64,000 nucleotides of DNA from Candidatus Helarchaeota archaeon (GTDB taxonomy: Archaea > Asgardarchaeota > Lokiarchaeia > Helarchaeales > RDOG01), in the NCBI GenBank assembly GCA_019058315.1, contig JAHPZH010000003.1, forward strand, positions 524,451 through 588,450, read 5' to 3'. Every line of letters begins with the position of its first letter. Position 1 is the stretch's first letter. A model generated the notes under the pieces. That model was not told where the DNA came from. It worked only from the letters and a program-made list of their open reading frames with translations, and made no database searches. The translations under genes were made by a program, and so were the position numbers. This document shows positions 1-9,333 of the stretch, in pieces.

Positions 1-15
1 AGAAGGCAATATAAT

Positions 16-951
16 TTGACTATTGATAGTAATTCTGTACTTTCAAAGATAGCATGCCCAGAGTGTGGAAATGATTCTAATATAGTTAATGACGATACTC
101 GTGGCGAAGTTATTTGTGGAAACTGTGGGATTGTAATAAGTGAAAAAATTATTGATCAAGGTCCTGAATGGAGAGCTTTTAATACATTAGAACGCGATAA
201 ACGTTCAAGAGTAGGATCTCCAATTTCTTATACTATACATGATAAAGGTCTTTCAACTATGATTGACTGGCATGATAAGGATATTTACGGTAAAAAACTG
301 CCTCCTAAAACCCGAGCACAAGTGTATCGGATGAGGAAGTGGCAAATTCGGACTCGAGTGCATAGCTCTATAGCTAGAAACTTAGCACAAGCTATGACAG
401 AATTAGATCGTTTATCATCACAATTAGACATTCCAAAAGGAGTTAAAGAGACATCAGCTGTTATGTATCGTAGAGCAATTGAAAGAAGACTTATTAGAGG
501 ACGTTCTATCGAAGCTATGATTGCAGCCGCAGTATATGCAGCATGTAGACTTAGAAAAGTTCCGAGAACCTTAGATGAACTTGTTAAATATACCCGAGTT
601 AATAAAAAAGATCTTGGACGTGCTTACCGATTAATGATTCAAAGATTGGGAGTTCAAATTCCTACCTCGAATGCGAAAGATTTCATATCTCGTTTTTGTG
701 CAGACCTTGAATTATCAGGACGTGTTCAAAAGAAAGCATGTGAGCTTATTGATCAAGCAAGTGCAAAGGCAATAACCGCAGGAAAAGACCCCACAGGGCT
801 TGCAGCCGCAGCAATTTATATAACAGGAATTCTTGAAGGTGAACGAAGAACCCAAAGACGCATAGCAGAAGTAGCCCATGTTACGGAAGTAACAATAAGA
901 AACCGATACAAAGAGTTAATCAAAAAATTAAGAATTTTTGTTGAAGTTTAA
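16..951 (+). CDS. tfb: Archaeal transcription initiation factor IIB (TFB)
   Basis: N-terminal Zn ribbon CPECG...CGNCG, B-reader motif IDQGPEWRAF, two cyclin repeats (GRSIEAMIAAAVY; GKDPTGLAAAAIY), C-terminal VTEVTIRNRYKEL; TTG start. Confidence 0.98.
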   Translation: MTIDSNSVLSKIACPECGNDSNIVNDDTRGEVICGNCGIVISEKIIDQGPEWRAFNTLERDKRSRVGSPISYTIHDKGLSTMIDWHDKDIYGKKLPPKTRAQVYRMRKWQIRTRVHSSIARNLAQAMTELDRLSSQLDIPKGVKETSAVMYRRAIERRLIRGRSIEAMIAAAVYAACRLRKVPRTLDELVKYTRVNKKDLGRAYRLMIQRLGVQIPTSNAKDFISRFCADLELSGRVQKKACELIDQASAKAITAGKDPTGLAAAAIYITGILEGERRTQRRIAEVAHVTEVTIRNRYKELIKKLRIFVEV

Positions 952-1000
952 TTCATTTATTTTTATTTTTGCTTTTTTTCCTTATATCTAAAATCATTTT

Positions 1001-1627
1001 CTAGTCAACACTATTTCTAATAGCTAATTTCCAATAGATGTAAAATATCGAACAGAACATCTCTTCCCACCTTGTTGTAGAAAACTCATCAAGAATATAA
1101 TTCTTAGGTTTGAAATGAATTGTTTTTCCATTAGTATATTGAAAATGAACTTCCTTCCATTCATGCTTAATACCTCTATAAAATTCAGTGACTTGGATAA
1201 ATGGCATATCCTCAATATAATCCCATGTGAAACCTTGAACTCCTCCAGTCCATAATTTGTAAACAACTCCGGATGGACCTACTGCAATAAACAGATTTTT
1301 CCTTAAATGTCTGTCAAGACTACCCAATATTAAAACAAATACGGCTAGTCCTAGAGGAATAAATGGAATCCATGTGGGCAGATAACTATTTGTGTTTGAG
1401 TTAATATTAATTATGGAGAACAGGCTTATTAGCCCTATTATAACTAAAAATACACCAAAAATTAGGAGCACATATCCACCAGTACCGACTTTGCCTGGAA
1501 AAACAAAAATTTGTTTTCTCTGAATGGCACCCTTTAAATCTTCTGGAGAATATAATTCTTTAGATTCATAATATCCCGATTTATAATCTTCGTAAGCTTT
1601 AAGAAGTATATTTAATTCCTCACTCAT
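1001..1627 (-). CDS. Hypothetical membrane protein (2 TM helices plus a soluble, possibly PH-like, C-terminal domain)
   Basis: Two hydrophobic segments followed by a beta-rich tail (IAVGPSGVVY...FTWDYIE); GAGGAA SD-like motif upstream. Confidence 0.7.
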   Translation of the reverse strand: MSEELNILLKAYEDYKSGYYESKELYSPEDLKGAIQRKQIFVFPGKVGTGGYVLLIFGVFLVIIGLISLFSIININSNTNSYLPTWIPFIPLGLAVFVLILGSLDRHLRKNLFIAVGPSGVVYKLWTGGVQGFTWDYIEDMPFIQVTEFYRGIKHEWKEVHFQYTNGKTIHFKPKNYILDEFSTTRWEEMFCSIFYIYWKLAIRNSVD

Positions 1628-1909
1628 GATTTATTTCCTCCTCTTATTTATGAACAATTTATCAAAATTTACTCATAACTTGTTATATGATTTTCTTAAT
1701 GTCTATATATAGTTTTATTTATGTAAATAATAAATCTCAGCTAATTATATTATGATAAGAAGGTAATTATACAAAGATAATCAGCAATAGGAGGGGTTTT
1801 AGAGGAGTTAGGATTATTTGAGCTTATCTTTAATTAAATTTTATGAACGAAACAAGTCATTACATAATTAGAATTAACAAATAAGCTAAACTGTACCCCT
1901 TTTTACATT

Positions 1910-2131
1910 TTATAAGAGATTTTTTCGTTTTATTATTAATATTATACCTGAAATAACCCAAAAAAAACCAAATATTAAAACTACAATAGTAGCAGTAACT
2001 ACATCAAAATTGAGGGGGGGATGAAGAAAAACCCAAAGATAACCCAAAATTATAATTATACCCAAAATTATGAGTCCTGTTCCAAAGATTATATATTTTG
2101 TTGGATCTTTTATCGCTGTATATCTTGACAA
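1910..2131 (-). CDS. Small 2-TM membrane protein
   Basis: 73 aa, two hydrophobic helices, basic C-terminus; GAGG upstream of the TTG start. Confidence 0.6.
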   Translation of the reverse strand: MSRYTAIKDPTKYIIFGTGLIILGIIIILGYLWVFLHPPLNFDVVTATIVVLIFGFFWVISGIILIIKRKNLL

Positions 2132-2188
2132 GCAGAAAAACCTCTTTTGTTATCTTATTAAATCTTTCTTATAATTATTATATTTATC

Positions 2189-3142
2189 TTATTTAATACT
2201 ATCTTTAATAAGATAATAGCAAAGCGCCCCAAATGCTTTATCCACATTATCCCCCGTTTTTGCAGATGTTTCAAGATACGGCAAATTTAATTTTTTAGCT
2301 AACTTAGCTGCTTTTTCAAAACTTACTTTTCTTTCTAAATCGATCTTATTACCGATAAGCATAATTAGGAATTTATGTTGTAGAGGCGCAGATTCCTTTA
2401 ATTCTTCAAGCCAATTTGAAATATTTTCGAAAGTTTGCGGTCGACTGACATCATAAACTATGACTGCAGAATCTGCACCTTCTAAATAAGTTTTGCGTAT
2501 ATTTTTAAACATTGTCTGACCTGATAAGTCCCAAATATTCAGAATCACAGAGATATTTTCTGAAAGTGTATATGTCTTTTTTTGAATCCCCACACCAATA
2601 GTAGATTTATAATCCTCATCAAATTTTTTCTCTATAAAACGTCTTAATATGCTAGTTTTTCCTACACTTTCAGTACCAAGAATTACTAGTTTAAAGAAAA
2701 AATCAGTTTTTTCCTTCATTTGAGGAAGTTGGAGATCAAGTGAAATATTTGGAACTTCATAATCGATTAATTGTTGGATTTTTTCAGCAACAATATAGGT
2801 CCAAGGGAGGATTTTGTCCGTATCCGAGCCAGGTCTAACTAATGTTATGAGAAAAGCTTTTTTTCCAGCTTGTGTAAAAATTAATTGTCCTTGTTCTGTG
2901 GTGACTATAGCTCCTAAATGACCACCTTCACCTGATAATTCTCTTTTAATCCGATTAGCAGCATTACTTAAAGCACCACTACAAGCAGCAATTGTGAGTT
3001 CTTCCTCCTCTTGAGTAATTGATGAAGCAATAATAAGCCCACTTTTATCCATAATAGCAGCTACTAAAATACTATGAATATTTAAATAATTATCTAAAAG
3101 AATGTTAAGCTTATTACCAAGTGTTTGTTGCACAAAATCCAC
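2189..3142 (-). CDS. Roadblock/LC7 domain - Rab-like small GTPase fusion (copy 1)
   Basis: N-terminal Roadblock pattern (AAIMDKSGLIIASS...IAACSGALSNAANRI); G1 GTESVGKTS, switch I YKSTIGV, G3 WDLSGQ, G4 GNKID, G5 ETSAK. Confidence 0.92.
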   Translation of the reverse strand: MDFVQQTLGNKLNILLDNYLNIHSILVAAIMDKSGLIIASSITQEEEELTIAACSGALSNAANRIKRELSGEGGHLGAIVTTEQGQLIFTQAGKKAFLITLVRPGSDTDKILPWTYIVAEKIQQLIDYEVPNISLDLQLPQMKEKTDFFFKLVILGTESVGKTSILRRFIEKKFDEDYKSTIGVGIQKKTYTLSENISVILNIWDLSGQTMFKNIRKTYLEGADSAVIVYDVSRPQTFENISNWLEELKESAPLQHKFLIMLIGNKIDLERKVSFEKAAKLAKKLNLPYLETSAKTGDNVDKAFGALCYYLIKDSIK

Positions 3143-3356
3143 TACTTATTATAAGAATAAATATTGAAGATAAATCAATAATACTTAATTTAAATATTTT
3201 TATAGTTGCCTTTAAGAAATCCTCAATTTAATTATTTAAAGCATTGAGAATCTCTTTAATTTTTATACAAAAATTTGAGAAAATCTCTAATTACTAATAA
3301 AATTAAAAAAAATACTTTTTATTAAAAGATTGAAAATTTAAAATTTTTTAAATTAC

Positions 3357-4289
3357 TTATCTAACACTATCTTTAATCAGGTGATAACAGAGTGCCCCAA
3401 ATGCTTTGTCAACATTATCTCCAGTTTTAGCCGATGTTTCAAGATATGGAATTTTTAGAGCTTTGGAAAAGTTTTTAGCCTCATCGAAACTCACCATTCT
3501 ATCCAAATCGATTTTGTTACCTATTAACATTACGATAAATCTACTTTGTGCTCTCATAGGTTCTTGAAGCTCATCAAGCCAGTGATTAATGTTTTCAAAC
3601 GATGCCGGTCTTGTTACATCATAAACAAGGACTGCAGATTGTGTTCCTTCTAGGTAGGTTTTCCGTATATTTCTGAACATTGCTTGACCCGCTAAATCCC
3701 AGATATTCAAAGTTACTGATACACTATCAGAAAGATCATAAGTTTTATTAAGTATCGAAACCCCAATAGTCGATTTATAATCTTGTTTAAACGATTTTTC
3801 AATAAATCTTCTTATTAAACTGGTCTTACCAACTGCTTCATCCCCGAGAACTACAAGTTTAAAGTTAAATTTTTGTGGATCCGTCATTTTTGGAAGTTCA
3901 AGGGACAGATCTAAATTCTCAAGGTCAATTAATTGTTGAATTTTTTCTGCAACAATATAGGTCCAAGGAAGGATTTTGTCCGTATCAGAGCCAGGTTTTG
4001 CCAAAGTAATGAGTACAGCTTGGTCTCCAGCACGAGTAAAAATAAATTCTCCTTGTTCTGAGGATACTATTGCACCTAAATGGTATCCTCCCGATAATTC
4101 ATCTTTAATTCTTTCTGCTGCTGTAGCTAATGCACCACCACAAGCAGCAATCGTCAGTTCCTCCTCCTCTTTAGTAATAGAAGAAGCCATCATTAACCCA
4201 TCATTGTCAACTATAGCTCCAGCTCTAATATTGGGTATTTTTAGGTAATTTTCTAATAACGTATTTAGTTTATCTCCGAGGGTTGTCAT
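3357..4289 (-). CDS. Roadblock/LC7 domain - Rab-like small GTPase fusion (copy 2); start revised to ATG 4289
   Basis: Close paralog of 2189..3142; GDEAVGKTS, YKSTIGV, WDLAGQ, GNKID, ETSAK; GGAGG just upstream of ATG 4289 (MTTLGDKLN), which aligns with the paralog start better than the ORF-track start 4337. Confidence 0.92.
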   Translation of the reverse strand: MTTLGDKLNTLLENYLKIPNIRAGAIVDNDGLMMASSITKEEEELTIAACGGALATAAERIKDELSGGYHLGAIVSSEQGEFIFTRAGDQAVLITLAKPGSDTDKILPWTYIVAEKIQQLIDLENLDLSLELPKMTDPQKFNFKLVVLGDEAVGKTSLIRRFIEKSFKQDYKSTIGVSILNKTYDLSDSVSVTLNIWDLAGQAMFRNIRKTYLEGTQSAVLVYDVTRPASFENINHWLDELQEPMRAQSRFIVMLIGNKIDLDRMVSFDEAKNFSKALKIPYLETSAKTGDNVDKAFGALCYHLIKDSVR

Positions 4290-4407
4290 TTCAATTTCCT
4301 CCAATTTTTCATTATTAAATTTAATATAAAAATACAAATATTAGTTTAATTTTTTAATTCATCCTCATATATTTTATATTAATAGATTATTGATAGGTTA
4401 GCTACCT

Positions 4408-5472
4408 CTAAATTACTCTCTTAATTCTTAGCAATTTTTTTTTCTGATATTTTTTAAGAATTTCATTTACTTTTATCAAAGGCAAATCAGATTTTTTACA
4501 AATATTTTCGATATTATTTGTTCCATCACATAAACGCAATACTTTTAAATCCAAAAAAGGTAATTTCTGCTTCCCAAGTTTTTTTACTAAGAAAGGTCTC
4601 CTTTGAGCATACTTTTTAGGTTTAGGTTTAATCTCTTTTTTAGTAATATCTTTTGGTGCTGTTTTTTTAGTAGACTTTTCAATCATTTTAAGTAATTCGG
4701 CTTTTTTAGTCGTAACGGAACTTGCTTCACCAGTATCAGGAATATCAACATGATTTATTTGGGTTGCCTCTTCTTCTGATTGAGAATATGCTTCAACCTC
4801 TGTTTGAAGCTCCATCATTTTTGTTAACTCTATCATTTCTTCGCACCATTTTGCCATATCGAATTCCTCTATAGCTTTGAATAAATTTATTGCTTCATTA
4901 AAATGACTTATTGCTTCTTTGTAATACCCTATAGAAAGTGCCCATTCAGCGTTTTCGATAGATTCTTCAATTTTAGCTTTTTTTAACTTTACTTCTGGAG
5001 AGTCAATCTCTTGAATTGCCTGATATTGTTCAGAAGCAAATGTAGCGTCAGAAGTTATAGACAAACCTTTTGCGGTATCTTGAACAATATTATCAATTGC
5101 TAATTCAAATGGTTTCAGTATTAAAACATCTTGGTTACTAAGAGCCTTATCGGCAAAACCTAATTTCACAAAGGAAGTTAAAATATTTCCAAGAAAAATT
5201 TTTGCATCTACCTCATTAAAACCCAAGTCCATTGAAACTGCAATTATAAAGTAATCTGAAATGCTGTAGAAAAATTTTTTGGAGCCCATGGTCACCGCTT
5301 TTACGTAATCCCCACCAGTCACTTCTGCAGAAAAATTAATTATTGCAGTAAGCAGACCACTGAATAAATTAGAGTCTATTTTTTGTGTTTTATCATAATT
5401 TTTATGAATTAAACAGACTCCACTATTCTTATCTATTATCCAAACGTCACCAATCAAAGAGAATAATTCCAT
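4408..5472 (-). CDS. Longin-like domain + TPR/MIT-like helical bundle + C-terminal winged helix (paralog 1)
   Basis: N-terminal VWIIDKNSGVCLIH...DSNLFSGLLTAIINFSAEV (Asgard-type longin); helical AEWALSIGYYKEAISHF; C-terminal DLKVLRLCDGTNNIENIC...VNEILKKYQKKKLL. True start may be TTG 5457. Confidence 0.8.
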   Translation of the reverse strand: MELFSLIGDVWIIDKNSGVCLIHKNYDKTQKIDSNLFSGLLTAIINFSAEVTGGDYVKAVTMGSKKFFYSISDYFIIAVSMDLGFNEVDAKIFLGNILTSFVKLGFADKALSNQDVLILKPFELAIDNIVQDTAKGLSITSDATFASEQYQAIQEIDSPEVKLKKAKIEESIENAEWALSIGYYKEAISHFNEAINLFKAIEEFDMAKWCEEMIELTKMMELQTEVEAYSQSEEEATQINHVDIPDTGEASSVTTKKAELLKMIEKSTKKTAPKDITKKEIKPKPKKYAQRRPFLVKKLGKQKLPFLDLKVLRLCDGTNNIENICKKSDLPLIKVNEILKKYQKKKLLRIKRVI

Positions 5473-5583
5473 TTATTTAGTTATTATAAATTTATTTTAT
5501 TACTGGAATTAATTCTTTTTGGTTTATTATCAAATTAATATTGTAATTCAGATAGGTTATTAACAATATTTTTTGTTAATATG

Positions 5584-6537
5584 CTAAATAGAAGTCTTTT
5601 TATATTCAATGAATTTATTTTTTTGGTACTTTTGCAGTATTTCTTTTACTTTTGTTAAAGATTTATTTGTCAGTTTACAAATTTGTTCAACAGTGCGAGT
5701 TCCATTACATAAACTAAGAATTTCATTATCAATAAAAGGCATTTTCTTTTTACCAAGTTTTTTAATTAATATTGGGGTTTTTTTTGTAATCTCATGTTTT
5801 TCATCAGGAATTGATTGCATTTCTTTTTTTTCTATTTTTGAAAAAGCTTCGATTTCTTCTTCCAACTCCACCATCTTGATTTGCTCAATCATTTCATTAC
5901 ACCAGTTTGCCATATCGAATTCCTCTAGCTCATTAAATAGAGTTATTGCAGTTTTAAAATGGGCAAGTGCATCTTTATAAAAACCTTTACTTAGTGAATG
6001 CTCTGCTTTTTCTATAACCTCTTCAATTTTTGTTTTCTTTAATTTTACATCTTGAGAGTCAATTTCTTGTGCTGCAGGATATTGATCAGACAGATTTTCT
6101 GCAACATTAGGAATTACAGCTAGACTTCTTTTAGTATTTTTAACGATTTTATTAATTGTTATTTCGAAGGGTTTCAATTGTTTAAGATCTTTTTCGGCGT
6201 CTTTAAGAGCTTTATCGGCATAACCTAACTTTATAAATGCGGTTAAAATATTTCCGAGGAAAATTTTTGCATCCACTTCATCATAGCTCGGATCCATTGA
6301 TACTGCAATTATAAAATGATCGGAAATGCTGTAAAAAAATTTTTTGGAGCCCATAGCTACCGCTTTTACATAATCACCCCCAGTAACTTCAGCAGAAAAA
6401 TTTATGATCGCAGTTAGTAGACCACTAAATAAATTAGAATCAATTCTTTGTAATTTATCATAATTCTTATGAATTAAGCAAAGTCCGCTACGTTTATCAA
6501 TAATCCAAACGTCACCAATCAAGAACAATAATCCCAT
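5584..6537 (-). CDS. Longin-like + TPR/MIT-like + winged helix (paralog 2)
   Basis: Longin domain nearly identical to paralog 1; same central helices and C-terminal LSLCNGTRTVEQIC motif. True start may be TTG 6522. Confidence 0.8.
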   Translation of the reverse strand: MGLLFLIGDVWIIDKRSGLCLIHKNYDKLQRIDSNLFSGLLTAIINFSAEVTGGDYVKAVAMGSKKFFYSISDHFIIAVSMDPSYDEVDAKIFLGNILTAFIKLGYADKALKDAEKDLKQLKPFEITINKIVKNTKRSLAVIPNVAENLSDQYPAAQEIDSQDVKLKKTKIEEVIEKAEHSLSKGFYKDALAHFKTAITLFNELEEFDMANWCNEMIEQIKMVELEEEIEAFSKIEKKEMQSIPDEKHEITKKTPILIKKLGKKKMPFIDNEILSLCNGTRTVEQICKLTNKSLTKVKEILQKYQKNKFIEYKKTSI

Positions 6538-6678
6538 TTAATATTTTTAATTAATCTATTTTATTATAAGAATAAAATTCTGATAAATATTTTATGATTA
6601 ATTGAAATTTGAATATAAAAAAGCGAAAATAGAAAATATTAATTTGTATAAATTTTAAATTTAGAAATTCGAATTTTT

Positions 6679-7782
6679 TTATTGAAAAGCTCGTTTCATT
6701 CCAATTAATTTCTTTTTATGATATTTTCGGAGAATTTCACTTACTTTTAATCTGTTTAGTTTAGTTTTTTTACAGATATCATCGACAGTGTGGTTGCCAT
6801 CACATAAAGGGATTACTTTTGAATCTAATAAAGGAAATTTCTTAGCTCCAGTTAGAGGTCTTAATAAATACGGAATCCTTCGAAATTGAACTGAAACATC
6901 TTTCTTTTTTTCTTGTTTAATAGGTTCTACGGGTTTAATTGGTTCTTCAGTTTTAATCGGTTCTTGATAATTAGTGGCTTCTTTAGTTTGAGTAGATTCA
7001 ATAGGTACTGGAGGTGCTTGAAATGGAACGGTAATTTCTTCTATTTTTTCGGGGCTTTTTTTCGTATCAAGTAAGACCGTTTCTCTTACTGGAAAAGGAG
7101 GTAATTTTGCAATGATTTGAGTTTCTTGAGTTTCAAATTGCTTAGCTTTTTCTATCATCTCCGTACACCATTCAGCCATATCATTCTCTCCAAGTTCTCT
7201 GAATAACTCTTCTGCAACGTGAAAGTATATTATAGCGTCCTTATATAGACTGTTTGCTAATGCCCACTCTGCATTCTCAATGGCTTCTTCAATTTTTTGT
7301 TTTTTCATACGAACTTCTGGTGTGTCTGTTTTTTCGGCAAGTTGATATTGTTCATTCAAGAGATCTCCGTAATCTTGCCTGATTGTTAAGATGTTGATTG
7401 CATCTTGAACAATTATATCAATTTGTTGTTCAAATGGTTGAAGTGCTAAGGTATCTTGAGTAGTAAGTGCAATTTCAGAATAACCCATTGTAATAAAAGA
7501 ATTTAAAATATGATCAAGGACTGGTTTTGCGTCAAGCTCATTGAATCGTTCTTCCATAGAAATAGCAATGATGAAATTAGTAGAAACTCTATAGAAAAAT
7601 TTGTTAGACCCCATAGCAACTGATTTTATGAAATCTCCACCTGTTATCTCTTCGGAGAAGTTGATTATGGCCGATAATAAGCCACTGAAGAGGTTGGCAT
7701 CCACCTTCTTCAATCTCCCATAGTTTCTATGTATTAGACACAAGCCTGTCTTTCTTCCTATTACCCAGATGTTTGAAATCAA
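6679..7782 (-). CDS. Longin-like + TPR/MIT-like + winged helix (paralog 3, Pro/Glu-rich linker)
   Basis: MISNIWVIGRKTGLCLIH...DANLFSGLLSAIINFSEEI; AEWALANSLYKDAIIYF; C-terminal IPYLL...DSKVIPLCDGNHTVDDIC. Confidence 0.8.
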   Translation of the reverse strand: MISNIWVIGRKTGLCLIHRNYGRLKKVDANLFSGLLSAIINFSEEITGGDFIKSVAMGSNKFFYRVSTNFIIAISMEERFNELDAKPVLDHILNSFITMGYSEIALTTQDTLALQPFEQQIDIIVQDAINILTIRQDYGDLLNEQYQLAEKTDTPEVRMKKQKIEEAIENAEWALANSLYKDAIIYFHVAEELFRELGENDMAEWCTEMIEKAKQFETQETQIIAKLPPFPVRETVLLDTKKSPEKIEEITVPFQAPPVPIESTQTKEATNYQEPIKTEEPIKPVEPIKQEKKKDVSVQFRRIPYLLRPLTGAKKFPLLDSKVIPLCDGNHTVDDICKKTKLNRLKVSEILRKYHKKKLIGMKRAFQ

Positions 7783-7828
7783 GAATTCAGCCCAATCCCA
7801 TTGAATAAAATATATAATATTATTTATT

Positions 7829-7860
7829 ATATTACTAAAATTAATGTTTTTCGGTTTGTT
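7829..7860 (-). promoter_or_regulatory. Putative BRE/TATA-like promoter conserved upstream of longin paralogs 3 and 1 (homologous copy at ~5498..5529)
   Basis: Minus strand AAACCGAAAAACATTAATTTTAGTAATA vs AAACCAAAAAGAATTAATTCCAGTAATA, at similar distances upstream of the two paralogs. Confidence 0.35.
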
Positions 7861-7982
7861 TTCTTATATTTTTATTATAACAATAATATAACAAAAAGCT
7901 CTCGAATCTCAAAATTGGTATAAAGGAAAAGAGAATAGAATTTAAATTTAATTAATCGAAAGATTAATTTGAGGTTTATTCG

Positions 7983-9122
7983 ATGGAAGATAGAATTTCG
8001 AAAATAAAAAAAGAAATGGAATTAAAAGAGATAAATTTAATAATCTTATTTAGTTCCAGAAATATCTATTATGTTTCTGACACTGCTCAATTTTCTATTT
8101 GTGTATTACCCTTAGACGGTGAACCATTCATTTTTATAAAACGCAATTTTCAACGTGGAAAAAAAGAGACCTGGATTAAAGATGTAATAAAACTCGAATC
8201 AACCAAGGGTGTAATTCAAGAGATAAAGGATAGAAAATTAGAAATAAAGGATTTAGGGTTAGAATTGAATTTTTTAAGAGCAAATCAATACATAAAATTA
8301 TCTAAATTGCTTCCAAATAGTCGATTTATTGATATTAATCAACTATTTTTAGAAATAAGAATGATTAAGGATAAGAGGGAAATAGAGCATATAAAAGCAG
8401 CAGCAAAGGCGGTGATGGGAGCACAAAAAGTTACACGTGAATTTATAAAACCTGGTGTTACTGAAATGGAAGTTGCTGCTGAAATAGCATATGAATTAAA
8501 AAAACATGGAAGTTGGACAACACAAAGTAATATGTATTGGGATTCTAATGGATTTTGTCTTGCTTCAGGGGAGAATCTATATTCGCCTGGTGATTTTCCA
8601 ATTTTATCAGGTGTAGGGGCTTCTAAGGCAACCCCAAGAAGCGCTTCGAATCGGATTTTGAAAAATGGGGACATTTTCGTACTTGATATTGGTTCGAATG
8701 TTGAAGGCTACCATGCAGATCATGCAAGAACCTATTACATCGGAAATCCAGATTCAAAATTCCGAAAAATTTATAATATTATTTTAGGAGCACTCAAGAA
8801 TGCATTTCAATTAATAAAGGAAGACAAAACCATTGCTGAAATATTCCAAGAGACAAAAGAACGCATGGGAGAATACAAGGAATTTTTTCAGGGGTTTAAT
8901 GGATACAGACAAGGACTCGGGCATGGTGTCGGTCTTCATTTAGATGAACCGCCATATATCATTGCTAGGAATACGAATAAACTCCAAGAAAATATGGTTA
9001 TTGCTCTCGAGCCAAAATTAATTATTCCAAATTGGGGAGCAGTTGATTTGGAAGACACTTTATTAATAAGAAAAAATAAAGACCCCGAATTATTAACCAC
9101 TTCCCCTTATTTGGAATTCTAA
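7983..9122 (+). CDS. Xaa-Pro aminopeptidase / M24 family metallopeptidase
   Basis: Creatinase-like N-domain; metal ligands LDIG...YHADHART, GHGVGLHLDEPP, ALEPK, LEDT. Confidence 0.92.
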   Translation: MEDRISKIKKEMELKEINLIILFSSRNIYYVSDTAQFSICVLPLDGEPFIFIKRNFQRGKKETWIKDVIKLESTKGVIQEIKDRKLEIKDLGLELNFLRANQYIKLSKLLPNSRFIDINQLFLEIRMIKDKREIEHIKAAAKAVMGAQKVTREFIKPGVTEMEVAAEIAYELKKHGSWTTQSNMYWDSNGFCLASGENLYSPGDFPILSGVGASKATPRSASNRILKNGDIFVLDIGSNVEGYHADHARTYYIGNPDSKFRKIYNIILGALKNAFQLIKEDKTIAEIFQETKERMGEYKEFFQGFNGYRQGLGHGVGLHLDEPPYIIARNTNKLQENMVIALEPKLIIPNWGAVDLEDTLLIRKNKDPELLTTSPYLEF

Positions 9123-9333
9123 TATTTAATTTGTCCTACTTAAAACTGAAAAAGCCAGACTAAATTTATGAACTTGTTGCTATTATTAACATATACTACT
9201 TATTTTTGAAAATAATCAATCAACGGAAAAAATAATAAAACTATGTTTTATTGTAAATTTAGTTAAATCTTCTTATGAAGAATTAATATAATAGAAAAAT
9301 AACAAAAATAACAAATTTAATGGAGCAAAAATT

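Noticed and set aside
2189-4289. True Rag/Gtr or true Rab orthologs
   Set aside because: Domain order is opposite to Rags and the G motifs are Rab-like; no prenylation motif; orthology cannot be claimed without phylogeny
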